Below are positions 51,613 through 64,000 of a stretch of DNA of 64,000 nt, piece by piece. Below the pieces are notes generated by a model. It did no database searches. It worked only from the letters and a program-made list of their open reading frames with translations, and had not been told where the DNA came from. Each line of letters starts with the position of its first letter. Position 1 is the stretch's first letter. The position numbers and the translations under genes were made by a program. Source of the stretch: Mobula hypostoma (lineage: Eukaryota); NCBI RefSeq assembly GCF_963921235.1, contig NC_086106.1, positions 24,800,001 to 24,864,000 on the forward strand. Reading direction: 5' to 3'.

Positions 51613-52125
51613 ATGAAGACTTGTCTCACGCAGGTCCTCATTACTGTGTTTCTTATGGATAAGATTGTCCTTCATTGTAATATTCAAGACCTCACTAATT
51701 CTATGTAAAGACGTTTTATTTTCTATTTACGTAACCATGTTGTTCTAAGTAGAGTTTATGATTTATTATTTATTTTACTGTTAGAATGGAGCCTTGAAGA
51801 CTCAGTGGAACAGTTATTGGATGCAATGACAATCGAAGAAGAAAGTAATATTATCCTAAACTGTACTTTACAAACAAGTGTTGCACTCCTAAATGTTTCC
51901 TTGTACGGGCAGCGCACCAGACAGCCACCAGATTGTTTTATTCGGATCATCAGAGGGACAGTAAACCGAAATGAAGATGTACCAATCGATTTTTTGCTTC
52001 CGATAACAATAGTAAAAAATATTCCAAACTGTCGAATAAGAACGCTACAATCTGTAACTCAGCCACTTATCTCTGCGCGATGAGTACACTGTGTTGACAA
52101 AACTCAATATTCTCGAACAAAAACC
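51613..52125 (+). pseudogene. TCR V pseudogene
   Basis: Leader MKTCLTQVLITVFLM+G with donor GT changed to AT (51659). The exon from 51785 has W41 changed to L (TTG TAC) and a -1 frameshift at GTA-CC-AAT; YLCAMS; RSS CACTGTG-23-ACAAAAACC. Confidence 0.92.
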
Positions 52126-52726
52126 CACTTTCACAGTTTCTTGGAGAGCTTGATAGAGGGCGAACAAATCAAGGTTAACGTAAATGCTAAATGAAGTCTA
52201 AAGGCTGAGTCCAATTAGTTCATATGATGTCACAGCGATCATCTATGACCAGTGATGTATCCACTTGGCATTTGCAATGAATGTTTTCGTTCTTCGATGG
52301 CTGTAACTTTGATCGAAGCCACTTCCGCTTTACTGATTCCTACGTGTTCTTATTTCACATCGGAAGCTACCACAATCATTAGTACAGATACATAGTTGCT
52401 GTTGTTGCTTGAATTTCCAGCATCTGCAGAATTCCTGTTGTTTACAGATACATAAATCGTTGTAAGATGCCCTTTGACATATAAAGGGACCAAACTTTGC
52501 AACAAGAATTTGCACATATCCCAATCAACATTGTGCTTCAAAATGTGAAACAAAATCCATCGTTTCGTGAAATCACTCAGATTCAATGATATGACTTTTG
52601 ATTTCAATCAAACATTCATTAGCACTTCGCTGGAATGCTGTACTGAATATCGTTAATTTTCATTACCACGCGACAGGCTTACCTATTTAAACGCCGCTGT
52701 CAGATAGATTCTGACATAAATAAAGA

Positions 52727-53855
52727 ATATGGATTTCAGCAAGGAATTTGGTAAAGGCTTACAACGAAAATAAAGAGGCATGGGATCCAAGGGGACATTG
52801 CTTTGTGGATCCAGAACTGGCTTGCCCACAGAAGGCAAAGAGTGGTTGTAGACGTGTCCTATTCCGCATAGAGTTCGGTCAGCAGTAGGGTGCCTCAGGG
52901 ATCTGTTCTGGGACGCAAACTCTTCGTGATTATCATAAATGACCTAGATGAGGAAGTGGAGGGATGGGTTACTGAGTTTGCTGATGACACAATGGTTGCC
53001 GGTGTTATGGATAGTCTGGAGGGTTGTCAGAGGTTATGGCCGAACATTGTTGGGATGCAAAACTGGACTGAGAAGTGGCAGATGGAGTTCAACCCAGAGA
53101 AGTGTGAAGTGGTTCATGTTGGTAGGTCAAATATGATGGCAGAATACAGTATTAATGGTAAAAATCTTGGCAATGTGGAGGTTCAGAGGGATCTTGGAAC
53201 CCTGCTTCGAGATGCGCAGGTTACCTCTATCGTTAAGAAGGCGTAAGGTGTATTGGCTTTCATCAATCGTGCAACTGCATTTAGGAGCCGAGAGGTAATG
53301 TTGCAGCTATATAGCGCCCTAGTCAGCCCCCATTTGGAGTATTGTGCTCAATTCTGGTCGCGTCACTGCAGGATGAACGTGAAAAACATAGAAAGGGAGC
53401 AGAGGAATTTACAAGGATATTGCCTGGATTGGGGAGCATGCCTTATGAGAATAGGTTGAGTGAACCCGGCCTTTTTCTACTTGGAGCGACTGAGGATGAG
53501 AGGTGACCTGATACAGGTTTACAAGATAATGAGAGGCATTGATCGTGTGGATAGTCAGAGGTTTTCCCCCAGGGCTGAAATGGGTAGCACGAAACGGTGT
53601 AGTTTTATGGTGTTTGCAAGTACGTACAGAGGGGATGTCAGGGTAAGTTTTTACTCAGAGTGTACTACCGGCGTTGGTTGTAGAAGCAGAAACTACAGGG
53701 TCTTTTAAGAGACTCGTGGATGGATACATGGAGCGTATAAGGTAGAGGGCTGTGGGTAAGCCTAGGTAGTTCCAAAATAAGGGCATGTTCGGCACAACTT
53801 TGTGGGCCGAAGGACCTGTATTGTGCTGTAGGCTTTCTATGTTACTATGTTGCTA
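52727..53855 (+). mobile_element. 5'-truncated CR1, same insertion as 10082-12775 copied by duplication
   Basis: Same 5' junction (TATGGATTTCAGCAAGG) and flanks; PQGSVLG, EFADDT; TTTCTATG tail. Confidence 0.9.
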
Positions 53856-54435
53856 AATAAATTTTGAGTCACGATCCATTACGTTTACCGAAATATATCT
53901 TCGTGCTCATACAAATAAGATAAAGTTCGCAATATATTTCCGTTGACTACATCTACAAGTCAAATCACTGTACAATTGGCAATATGTATGGCGTTTGCTC
54001 TCAGAAAAAGGTCACGTAATTCCGAACAGCGTTGACACCATTCGAATTCATAGTCTGAAGCATTGTACTTGTTATTGCAATACTTACAATAAGAGCCTCA
54101 AAATAAATAAATATGCACCTCCTAACTTATCAAGACTATTGAACATTCTGAATGAATTCACAGCGCTTATCCACCAAAATGGACTTATTGGATTAGCACG
54201 ATCATTGCTATTTATATCTCAGTTGAACGATAAGTGTATTCTCAGATTTAATAACTCGTAATCTCATATCTCCCAAAATCGTCCCTTCTCTATTCTGTCA
54301 TTCACTTGAAAATGTTAAGCTATGATCAGAAGGCACTGTCCGAGATATTTCCAGGAATACGACAATACATCTTCACCTGGCGAATTGCCCTATTATCTGT
54401 ACATCCCATGTCGCTGAATTTTGTGAAGTATATAA

Positions 54436-55263
54436 TGTGAGGACAAACCAAGTTATCAGAAGATTGATGCTGATGAGAGAGATAAATGAGACAATGGAGA
54501 AACAATCAAAACGCCAATAAGAGAGAAGAGAGAGATTAATGAGAAAGAAACACATGTCAGAATATTTGCAGACCGGTTGCTTTGAACCTGAACTGTTTGA
54601 AGTTTGATGGACAGGCGATACCCCAGCAGGGGGATAAAAAGAACAGGTTCTCTAAGGCACGACACACACCACGAGATCACGAGATAACGAGTCCCTGGAA
54701 GAGCGGTGTTCTCCCACTAGTTAGTGGAGTTCGAGGTCTGCTTCGAGGGCACGGACCATAGACTGACAGGGTGAAAAGGGACGATCGGCGGGAACTTGGC
54801 GTGTGTGTCCGCCGTTGCCTGGGTGCCAGGTTCACCGCGGAAGAACGGTCGTATCCGGAACGGAGGGGTCACAGTCGGTGTCCACAGAAGACATAAAAGG
54901 GTTCGCCCGAAAGCTAACTTCGAAGAACATCAAAGTCTGTCTGAATCAAATTTGTATTTTCTCTCTCGCTCCAACGGCACCACAGCAATTATTGCGAACT
55001 GCACTAAGCTGAACTGAACTCTGCGTCACTTGAGTCTGATCATTTTACCCATAGACTGCGATAGAGCTTGATTGATTCTTATTACCCTAGTTCTGTGTAC
55101 ATGTGTGTTTTATCATTGCTAACCTGTTGCATTTCTATCCTTGCGATTAGAGTACTGCGGTACTTATTTCTTTAATAAAACGTTATTAGTTTCTGTTAAA
55201 CCAGACTCCAATTAAGTGGTCCATTTCTGCTGGTTTGGCAACCCAGTTACGGGGTACGTAGCA
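54436..55263. mobile_element. Solo LTR (family of 25537-26397)
   Basis: TGTGAGG...CCCAGTTACGGGGTACGTAGCA; flanks ATAA/GTAA; shares internal blocks with 25537-26397. Confidence 0.8.
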
Positions 55264-55729
55264 GTAACAAGCAACTTTTTATCTTGAATCAAGTACTTTA
55301 TGCTGGAAAGCTGTATTTCCTGTTTCTAGTAACTGGGAAAATAACCACAAAAAACTTTATCATTCAAATCCTGAAAATGAAGGTTAAATGAAGGTTAAAA
55401 CGTAACCTTTTCTCATTGTCCAAAATCAGCTCATTATTTGGGCAGAATGTTAATAAATCCCTTAAATTTCAATCACTTGAGTTCACGTTGCATGGGACAG
55501 TTAATAAGCAGATATTTGTCACTGTCTTATATTCGAGAGAGGCCTCCCCCTCCATTCCAGTCATTACTGAGAAGGTTTTTGCAATTCCTGCCCCTATATA
55601 AGGTCACCAAATGGCGCAGGCTTGAACGTTGTAGCCGTTGCGCTCGTACCTCACTTATGCTTCAGCTCTTCTGCGCATTGTTGTTCAGCTAACATCTGGT
55701 GGCTATATGCAATTGATACACGAGGTAGA

Positions 55730-57320
55730 AGCCAGGAAGTCATGGGTCCCAGCTCTGCCTGCCTTTTTGTTGGCTTTGTGGAGCAATCCATGTTCCAAGC
55801 CTATACTAGTATCTGTCCCCCACTTTTCCTTCGCTACATCGAAGACTGCATTGGCGCTGCTTCCTGCACACATGCTGAGCTCGTTGACTTCATTAAACTT
55901 GCCTCCATCTTTCACCCTGCCCTCAAGTTTACCTGGTCCATTTCCGACACATCCCTCCACTCTCTTCATCTTTCTGTCTCTATCTCTGGAGACATCTTAT
56001 CTACTGATGTCTACTATAAGCCTACGGATTCTCACAGATACCTGGACTTCCCACCCTGTCTCTCGCAAAAATGCCATCCCCTCCTCGCATTTCCTCTGTC
56101 TTCGCCGCAACTGCATTCAGGATTAGACTTTTCATTCCAGTAAAGCAGATGTCTTCTTTTTTTTAAGGAAAGGGGCTTCCCTTCCTCCACCATCAGCTCT
56201 GCGCTCAACGCATCTGCCCCATTTCTCGCACATCTGATCTCACCACATCCTCCCGCCACCCCACTGGGAACAGGGTTTCCCCTGTCCTCACCTACCATTC
56301 CACCAGCCTCCAGGTCCAACATATTATTCTCCGTCATTTCCGCCACCTCCAGCGGGATCCCACCACTAAGCACATCTTTCCCTCTCCCCTCTCTCTGCTT
56401 TCCACAGGGATCGCTCCCTACGCCAGTCCCTTGTCCATTCGTCCCTCCATCGCTTCTCACCTATTTCCCTCCCGACACTTATGCTTGTAAGAGGAACAAG
56501 TGCTGCAAGTGCCCTTACTCTTCCTCCCTCATCAGCATTCAGGGCCCCAGACAGTCCTTCTAGGTGAGACAATACTTCACCTTTGAGTCGGCCGGGGTGA
56601 TTCACTGCATTCGGTGCACTGCGGTGCGGCTTTCTACAGGTTAGCGAGACCCGGCGTAGGCTGGGAGAACGTTTCACTGAACACCTAAGCTCTGTCCGCC
56701 AGAGAAAACAGGATCTCCCAGCGGCCACACATTTTAATTCCACATCCCTATCCCATTCTGATATATCTATCCACTGCCTCGCCCTCTGTATGGTGAAGCC
56801 ACACACTGGTTGCAGGAACAACACCTTATATTCCGTCTGGGTAGCCTGCAACCTGATGGCATGAACATTGACCTCTCCAACTTTCGTTAATGCCCCTCCT
56901 CCCCTTCGTACCCCAGCCCTTTTTGTATGTATGGATGTATGTATTTATTTATTTATCGCTTTCCTTCTCTTTATCTTTTTCCTCTCTTTGTCCATCTCAC
57001 AATACAAACTTGCCTGTTCTCCATTCTCTGGGCTCCCCTCCCCCTTTCTTTCTCCCTTGGCTTCCCGTCCCATGATCCTCTCCCTTCTCTAGCCTTGTAC
57101 CCCTTTTGCCTAACAACTTTCTGGATGTTAGCTCCATCACTCCCTTCTCCTGTCTTCTCCTATAATTTCGCAACTCCCCCTCCCCCTCTCACTTACAAAT
57201 CTTTTACTATCTCTTCTTTCAGTTAGTCCTGACGAAGGGTCTTGCCCTGAAACGTCGACTGTACCTCTTCCTATAGATGCTTCCTCGCCTGCTGTGTTCA
57301 CCAGCATTTTTGTGTTGTTG
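55730..57320 (+). mobile_element. Penelope-like element (RT C-terminal half + GIY-YIG), decayed
   Basis: MGPSSACLFVGFVEQ..FLRYIEDC..HPALKFTWSIS..DVYYKPTDSH; GIY-YIG remnant at about 56600-56690; terminal CCTGACGAAGGGTCT..CTGAAACGTCGAC. The flanks rejoin in the paralog at about 41640-41720. Confidence 0.85.
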
Positions 57321-59285
57321 CATGCATTTTTTTCCATTTCTTTTCGATCAATGTACCCTGACTTCAAAATTGGAAACGAAAAGAACCCCCATAAAGTACC
57401 GCTTTTCGTCCACCAATATATATTCTACTAAATTGACAATAATTTATTTGACAAATAGTACCAGACTTCCCTTGAAACACAAATATATGAATGTTACGTT
57501 TGGTAAGCTAACAGTGACCTGTTTGACTGAAGTAACAGTGGCGGTCGTTGGATCAGACGCCACTATCATAATCACTGCATTTAACAGATAGTGGAAGGTT
57601 TTCACTACCAGTTCAGTAGTGGACAGCCCATCGTGACCGCACAAGGTAGTGATCAGAAATGACTGATGTCCTTGAGCGCATGACATTCACATACTCGTGG
57701 ATAGCTTCTCCGGTGTCTATGAGGTGATCGGGGTAAATCCACTAATGATGTGGTCGTTATGTGCACGCAACTTATATTTTGGAATAACAAATAAGGTAAA
57801 TTTTATAAATAGACACTGAAGAGATTTTCATTCTTCCATTCCTACTGGATGCTCACGCAAGAGTTCATGAGTTTTCACTCTCCCTGGACATTACACAATA
57901 ACAACAAAAAAAGACAACCCTACGAGGAAGATTTTTCTTTGAGGAGGGACAGATAACGATTTTAATACTGGTAATTTGTGGAGAGATTACCAGAAGGTGA
58001 CAAAAGTTGTGAAGGAAAGTACCAGCATAAAAAGTTTCACCATGTGGTTTGTGTGTCCACAGTGTAAAGACAATTAATCCTCATGCAATTTATTTCAACG
58101 AGTCTTCAAAATTTGTCGGAGGACAACAGACAGTAGAGTTGAAATTTTAAAGTTTAGAGCAAACGTATTATCAAATTACGCACATGTCTCACATGCCTCC
58201 TTGAGATTCTGATGTGCAATTTGCTGTTTTGCGTCAGCAGTGCATTGCAATGCATAAAGATTTTGATGTATTACCACGATGAGTATAGATAAAAAATAAT
58301 TAAATTAGCAATGCTAAAAATGAGGGGAGTGACACTAAGGCAGTTTTTTTTTTGGGCTCATTGTCTATTCGGAAATCTGACGGCGGATTCCTGAAAAGTT
58401 CAGTGTTACAGCATGTCCTCGGTGATGGTGACTGTGGAGGAGCCCTCAATGATGCATGCCGTCTATTCGAAGTATCGACTTTTGCAGATCTCCTGGATTA
58501 ATTTGAGTTTTGTGTCAATTATGAAGCTGACTGAGTTTAAAACGTTCTGCGACTATTATTATTTATGTATTTATTTATTTTTGTTCCTATGCAGTTTCCC
58601 ACCATACCAGACAGAGTTGCTGTCAGTTATAATGGTTCCCATATATCTCTAGAAATTACTGTGAGTATTTGACGGAAGACCAATTCCCAATCCTCCAGTG
58701 ACATTTAGCCGCTGTAATGCCTTATTTGTAATTGTGCCCAGTATGAGCCCACGAGATGTCGACAGCCACGCATTAGAAACTGCTTATCCTTTGCACTTCT
58801 GATTCCTCCATAAGGATTGGTATGTGTTCCATCGACTTCCAATCCTGAAGTCCACAAAGAATTTTGGTCTTACTAAGACAACGCTCAAGCAGCTGATCAC
58901 TAAAGCTGCCGTACGCCTCTTCGTCAGTATCTGAAATTATGCAAACAATATCTATGTTGCCTCAAATTTAACGTTCGGATTAGAGCTGTGGGAAACCTCA
59001 GAATCGTGCTTGTTGTAAGGGTCGCGAAGGTATGGTTGAATTGTCAGCGACGACGATGTGTTATTTCCAGTCGTTTTACTAGGAGGTCTCCCATTCAGGA
59101 GATCTAATCCGGTTGCAGGTTTTGAGCTTGTTGACGAAAGCTGAGGAGTGTTGATGGCTGAGAAGAAAGGCATTCCAAAACTGATGTTGTGAACAAAAAA
59201 TAATTGTAAAATAAAAGTCTCCTAGTACACGATAAAGACACAACTGATTATAATTATTCCCTAGGGGTTGCTGTAATATTTCCAT

Positions 59286-59940
59286 CAGATTAGATTCGAT
59301 TATGAGGATACGCGTTCCTCTTTTATTGCCATTTAGTGAAGCATGCGTTCAGAAATGATACAATGTTTCTTCGAATGATATCACAGATACACATGACAAA
59401 CCGACTGAAAACTGCCAAAAAAACAGACAATTATATCATATAGTTACAACAGTGCAAACAATACCGTAATTTGATAAAGAACAGACCATGGGCACGGTAA
59501 AAATCTCAAAGTCTCTCGAAAGTCCGATCTTCTCAACCATACGGCGAGCCTCCAGCGCTGCAAACTTGCCGATGCAGCATCCTGGAAGCATCCGACAACA
59601 GTCCGACTCCGACTCCGTCCGAAAACTCCGAGTCTCCGACCAGCTGTCCGACACCGTGCACCGAGCACCATCTCGGCCGAGCGCTTCGACCCCGGCCCCG
59701 GCAACAGGCAATTGGCAAAGACGAGGATTTGGGACATTCCCCTCCGGAGATTCTCAATCGCACAGTAGCAGCGGCGGCGAAGCGGGCATTTCAGAATTTC
59801 TCCAGGTGTTTATCCGTGCTTCTAACGGCTGTCTCCATCAAATCAGGATTGTGCACGGCCCCTAGTTAACACATGCGATATCAGTAGGAACGGCCGCAAG
59901 CGCAGTGTCGCCCCGCCATCTTTCCCTCCCTCGTCCTCAC
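59286..59940 (-). mobile_element. Non-coding insertion with (TAATC)-like tail, probable non-autonomous retroelement
   Basis: Absent from the paralog, where TTCCAT joins TAGCGATAG at about 14108. GC-rich body; AGATTAGATT end. Confidence 0.55.
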
Positions 59941-61069
59941 TAGCGATAGATTGCGGTGACAATCATGAAGCAATCAGGAGGTATTTCCTTATATGCCAAC
60001 TTTGAAGTCATTTGACAATGAATCATTTTAATTTTGTATCTTTGAAACTTCTATACAGATATAATTGTGCATCAGCAGAACAATCTCGAATGTGTTGATG
60101 CTGCGTTTTTTGATTTTGTTTGTCGGTAACTATAGCCGTGGACATGCAGGCCGGCCGCTAAGAAACATAAATACCTGCTGGAGCTGTTGTATTTCCGCAT
60201 TTACGTCATACTTTAATTGGGTGATACAATACGCGAAGGAACACTGCATGCTGCATATCAGCAGAGCTCGAGCTCGCTGAGCGAACTCAGGACTGTGCAT
60301 CATCCTGTGCAAGTGCAATATAGAAAATATCGGAGAAGAAGATAGATAATTTAAATTTTCCCATTTTCAGTGTTATGCACGATAACATGACGAACTGCAG
60401 ACACCCCTCTCATCGATTGCCCGGTAAGCAATATGCGCAAATACTCAGTGGCACTGAAAGTAACTGCGCAAAATAAACACTTGGCTTTCTTCAAGTCCTA
60501 AGACCGGCTATACAAATAATCATTGCTACCACCTTTTAGTAAGTTCTAAAGTTATTCAAAAAAAAACTACATTTGCAGACACCGGTGAAAGACAAAAAAA
60601 TGTTGCCCGCCAAAAGTTTCCAACCGTTTCAGCGTTTTTTATATTAAATCTGATCTATCTATATTCTTCCTGAAATCGACCAGAGATGTTTACTGCCTGA
60701 TATTATCTCCCTTTTTGGCACCGTAGCACTGGCTTTCGTATTTCTGGTATAATCCGCCTCAACGTGCAAGCGCAATTTGATGACAATCTTCTCCGAGACG
60801 CCCAAAAACTACATCACCTTCGCTCAGCGACGAGCGGCACTGTGCAGTTAATGTTGACAGACAACGACAACTCCATTGTTTACAGATCTTTGCCAGGTGC
60901 CAGCTGACCTGTCGAATCCTGCACCACGTTTGAAAGCCGTTTATTCACAAATGTGGTACTGTTAGATTGCGCTTGAGGTTGGTTGTTTTACACAGATTTT
61001 GCTGTATTTTTATTCTAACAGTCCGTTTCCACTGCACAATTGCAGAATTACAGAGACGGGGAACGTTAT

Positions 61070-61607
61070 TGTCTAGGCGGATTCCTGCCGCTCCTCATTA
61101 TTATGTTCCTCTTCGGTAAGTCGTTACTTCATTGTAATAAACGACATTAATCTAGAATACTACTTTAATACCGGGGACTACTCTAGAACAGTACTGTAAT
61201 ATTAGATCTTCTTTACCTTTCCTTCATCGACCCTTATTCCATTTAAGTTTGCATTTTGTTGGAAGTGTTGATTGTTGTTTATTATTTATTTTGCAGTTAC
61301 ACTGGGGTCATCCAGACATCGTGGAACAGTTGCTCGGTTAAACAACCGTCCATGAAAAAAAAGGTAAGACAGTTGTGAATTTAACTTTGCGACTGAGTGG
61401 TCCTCTCCGAGATGTGTTCCTGAACAGACAGCAACCAAAGTAATTGTTACGGATTCCAGCAGAGCAAGTAAATCGACATTTGGACGGAACAGACCGGTGG
61501 TATGACATAGCAAAAAGTATACATAACTATTCTGTTCCAACCCGACTCCGCCATGTACCTCTGCGAAAGACAATGCATCGAAGTATCTTTTGCACTGAAA
61601 AAAAAAC
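61070..61607 (+). pseudogene. Old TCR V pseudogene, paralog of 15254-15801
   Basis: Leader ...GGFLPLLIIMFLF+G|GTAAG. The exon from 61301 reads (D)WGHPDIVEQLLG*TTVHEKKGKTVVNLTLRLSGPLRDVFLNRQQPK*LLRIPAEQVNRHLDGTDRW..(fs)..PDSAMYLCE and is colinear with the functional V. RSS GACAATG-23-AAAAAAAAC. Confidence 0.82.
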
Positions 61608-62239
61608 AACACTTCCAAAAATTTCACGTGAGCTCGATAGAGGACAAGCTCATCAAAAGAAACAGGGCTGGCAAAGCAAGGTGGAAACAAATTCTAAGTA
61701 ATATCAGAAGGCTTAATGGAATGTTTCTAAAATATCGAGTGTCCAGAAAGAATGCGATAGTATTCTCTTCTATATTTTCTGTATATTTTTGCATTTTGTT
61801 CGTTATAACCATGCTCCCAGTAAAATCTCATTACACGACTCCAGTGCTGTTTAAATGGACCATTCCGCCTTAAAGCCTGCATTATCCCAGTGGACAATAC
61901 CAATAGATTGATATTTTGAAGGGGATGACTTTAAATAGACAGCATAATGGCGAAAGACGTGCTCATATTCTGATCAGACAAAACTTCCCATCCATATCAG
62001 AAAGGAACAAACGTATGGTTATCTCACACAGCAACAATATTGTCGCTGGTGATTCCAGTCAACGGCTTGTAAACACACTTCCGATATATTTGATAAACAG
62101 ACAGCCTCTCACAGCTATCTTGACTATACCTCTTCACATATTAACTGGTCAAAATGGTTACACTTTGTCATTGTTATTCTGTTTCCTCTATGTTCTGTTC
62201 TCAGTATGATGCGTTAAAAAAAAAAGCGAAACGACGTTT

Positions 62240-62755
62240 GAGATGTTATCATTCTGTAAAATACAGGGGTTCCCTTCCTCTTAAAATCGATACTGCACTC
62301 ACTCTCATCTATTCCATTTCATATCATCCCATCGCTTTGAAAGGGAAAAAATTCCCATTGTACTTCGGATGCTCAGCCAGCACATCACTCCACGGAAGTT
62401 CCGCGATCGTCCACGAGACCTTTGTCGAATTATAACTTTCTCTCCACCGTGCCATTTTTTTCCGGCTTTCTGCTGGGATCACGCTCTGCGTGACTACATT
62501 GTCATGCGCAACTGCATGCTGAACTCAGTGCTGTCTCTTTTTTCTTGCGAATGGAATATGTGCTAATGTTGCCCATTCACCTCCTCGCTCACCACCAGTC
62601 AAGGCCCAAACAGTCTTTCCAGATGATTCAACAGCCTACGTGCCTGTCTGTTGTGAGCTTCAACTTTGCCTGACGCCCCAGGCACGGCTTAGAATAATAT
62701 AATGAAATCGCGCTAAATTTGGGAGCTTCTTCGGGCATCTTCGCTCTGTCCCCCA
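62240..62755 (+). mobile_element. Old Penelope-like fragment, paralog of 16420-16940
   Basis: Colinear with 16420-16940. Confidence 0.6.
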
Positions 62756-62756
62756 A

Positions 62757-64000
62757 AACCAACTCCAAGGTAAATTTACCAGTGATATAATTTTCTTGTG
62801 AGCACACGCAGGACATTCAGTAACTGTAATGGCGTCATTGAAATATGGCACACAACAGTGCAGACAATTAATAATATTAATNNNNNNNNNNNNNNNNNNN
62901 NNNNNNNNNNNNNNNNNNNNNNNNNNNNNNNNNNNNNNNNNNNNNNNNNNNNNNNNNNNNNNNNNNNNNNNNNNNNNNNNNNNNNNNNNNNNNNNNNNNN
63001 NNNNNNNNNNNNNNNNNNNNNNNNNNNNNNNNNNNNNNNNNNNNNNNNNNNNNNNNNNNNNNNNNNNNNNNNNNNNNNNNNNNNNNNNNNNNNNNNNNNN
63101 NNNNNNNNNNNNNNNNNNNNNNNNNNNNNNNNNNNNNNNNNNNNNNNNNNNNNNNNNNNNNNNNNNNNNNNNNNNNNNNNNNNNNNNNNNNNNTATGTCC
63201 CTGATAGTGAGTCGATAGCTTGGAGGAATAGTTAACTGATGTGATTGGCAAGTTTTATCCCTCTGGTTCGACAGCCTGATATTTGAGAGGTAACACATTT
63301 TTCTTAACCGGCAAACGTGAGCATTGAGCCTCATTTACCTTCTTCCTGATTGCGATCCGCATGGGGTGCATGACTCGGATGGTGGGGGTCCCTGATCATA
63401 AATGCTGCTTCCCTGCGACAACGATCAGTGTAGCTATGTTTAATGATGTAGAATGTTTTTTTTTTTGGTGATGGACTTGGATGTATCAAGTACTGTTTTT
63501 GTAAGATGTTCCGTTCAAACCCATTGTAGTTTCCATACAGGTCTGTGACGAAGCCAATCATCATAATCTTATGTAGGAGCGTTTCCATGTCAGATTACTC
63601 CCTCGCAAACTCGAGGAAGTAGAGGAGCTGGTTCCGAAGGTTCAGGCATTTAAAGTAGATGACCCTCCTACCACTCATTTCTCTGATAAAGTCTGGTACA
63701 TATACCTCAGTGTTCCTCCACCTGAAATCAACAATCAGCTCCTTCGTCTTATTGACATTGAGTAAAATAGTTTTGTTGTGACAGATTTCAATCTTCCTCC
63801 TTGCCACTGAATCGTTGTCACTCTTTATTCGGCAAACGATATCGTCAGCAAATTTAAATATAGCCGTTGAACTGATGTTAGCCACGTAGTCAGAATTATA
63901 AAGTGAATAGAGTAGAGGAGAATAGTGCACACATTTGTGCTGCAACTGTGCTGATCGATATTGTGGGCGAGATATTGTTGTTAATCCGACCTGACTGGGT
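62757..64000 (-). mobile_element. LINE (Rex1/Babar-like) RT to 3' end, contains an assembly gap
   Basis: SPLLYSLY..IFKFADD..LNVNKTKELIVDFR (63595-63945), followed by the same 3' UTR as 16945-17555. Confidence 0.75.
62882..63193. other. Assembly gap (312 N)
   Basis: Run of n. Confidence 1.

Larger units (their letters stand above)
45861..63450 (+). repeat. Segmental duplicate of about 1-17550
   Basis: Colinear homology throughout, e.g. 1-120 vs 45861-45980, 1561 vs 47399, 9443 vs 51785, 14775 vs 60600 and 16945 vs 62757. Confidence 0.95.

Noticed and set aside
62798-63334. Long ORFs spanning N runs
   Set aside because: These are artefacts of translating assembly gaps.

Overview
Vertebrate genomic DNA, most likely a cartilaginous fish (inferred from the CR1/L1/Rex-Babar/Penelope/Gmr1-type repeat mix; not provable here). 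The window is part of a T-cell receptor alpha/delta-type V-segment array. Two apparently functional V genes lie at 31827-32340 and 33802-34316. Each has a 46-nt leader exon, a short phase-1 intron, a 303-nt V exon with C23/W41/C104 and a canonical 23-bp-spacer RSS. Around them are three clear pseudogenes of the same family (9.3k, 35.8k, 51.6k), two older plus-strand pseudogenes (15.3k, 61.1k) and several degenerate minus-strand V remnants (3.1k, 22.0k, 49.0k, 29.7k); most of these are not apparent from the ORF track. The region is built from three paralogous blocks (about 1-17.5k, 21.6-41.8k, 45.9-63.5k) plus a local ~1.97-kb triplication, and retroelement presence/absence orders the duplications. 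I found no D, J or C segments. Two assembly gaps sit at paralogous positions.
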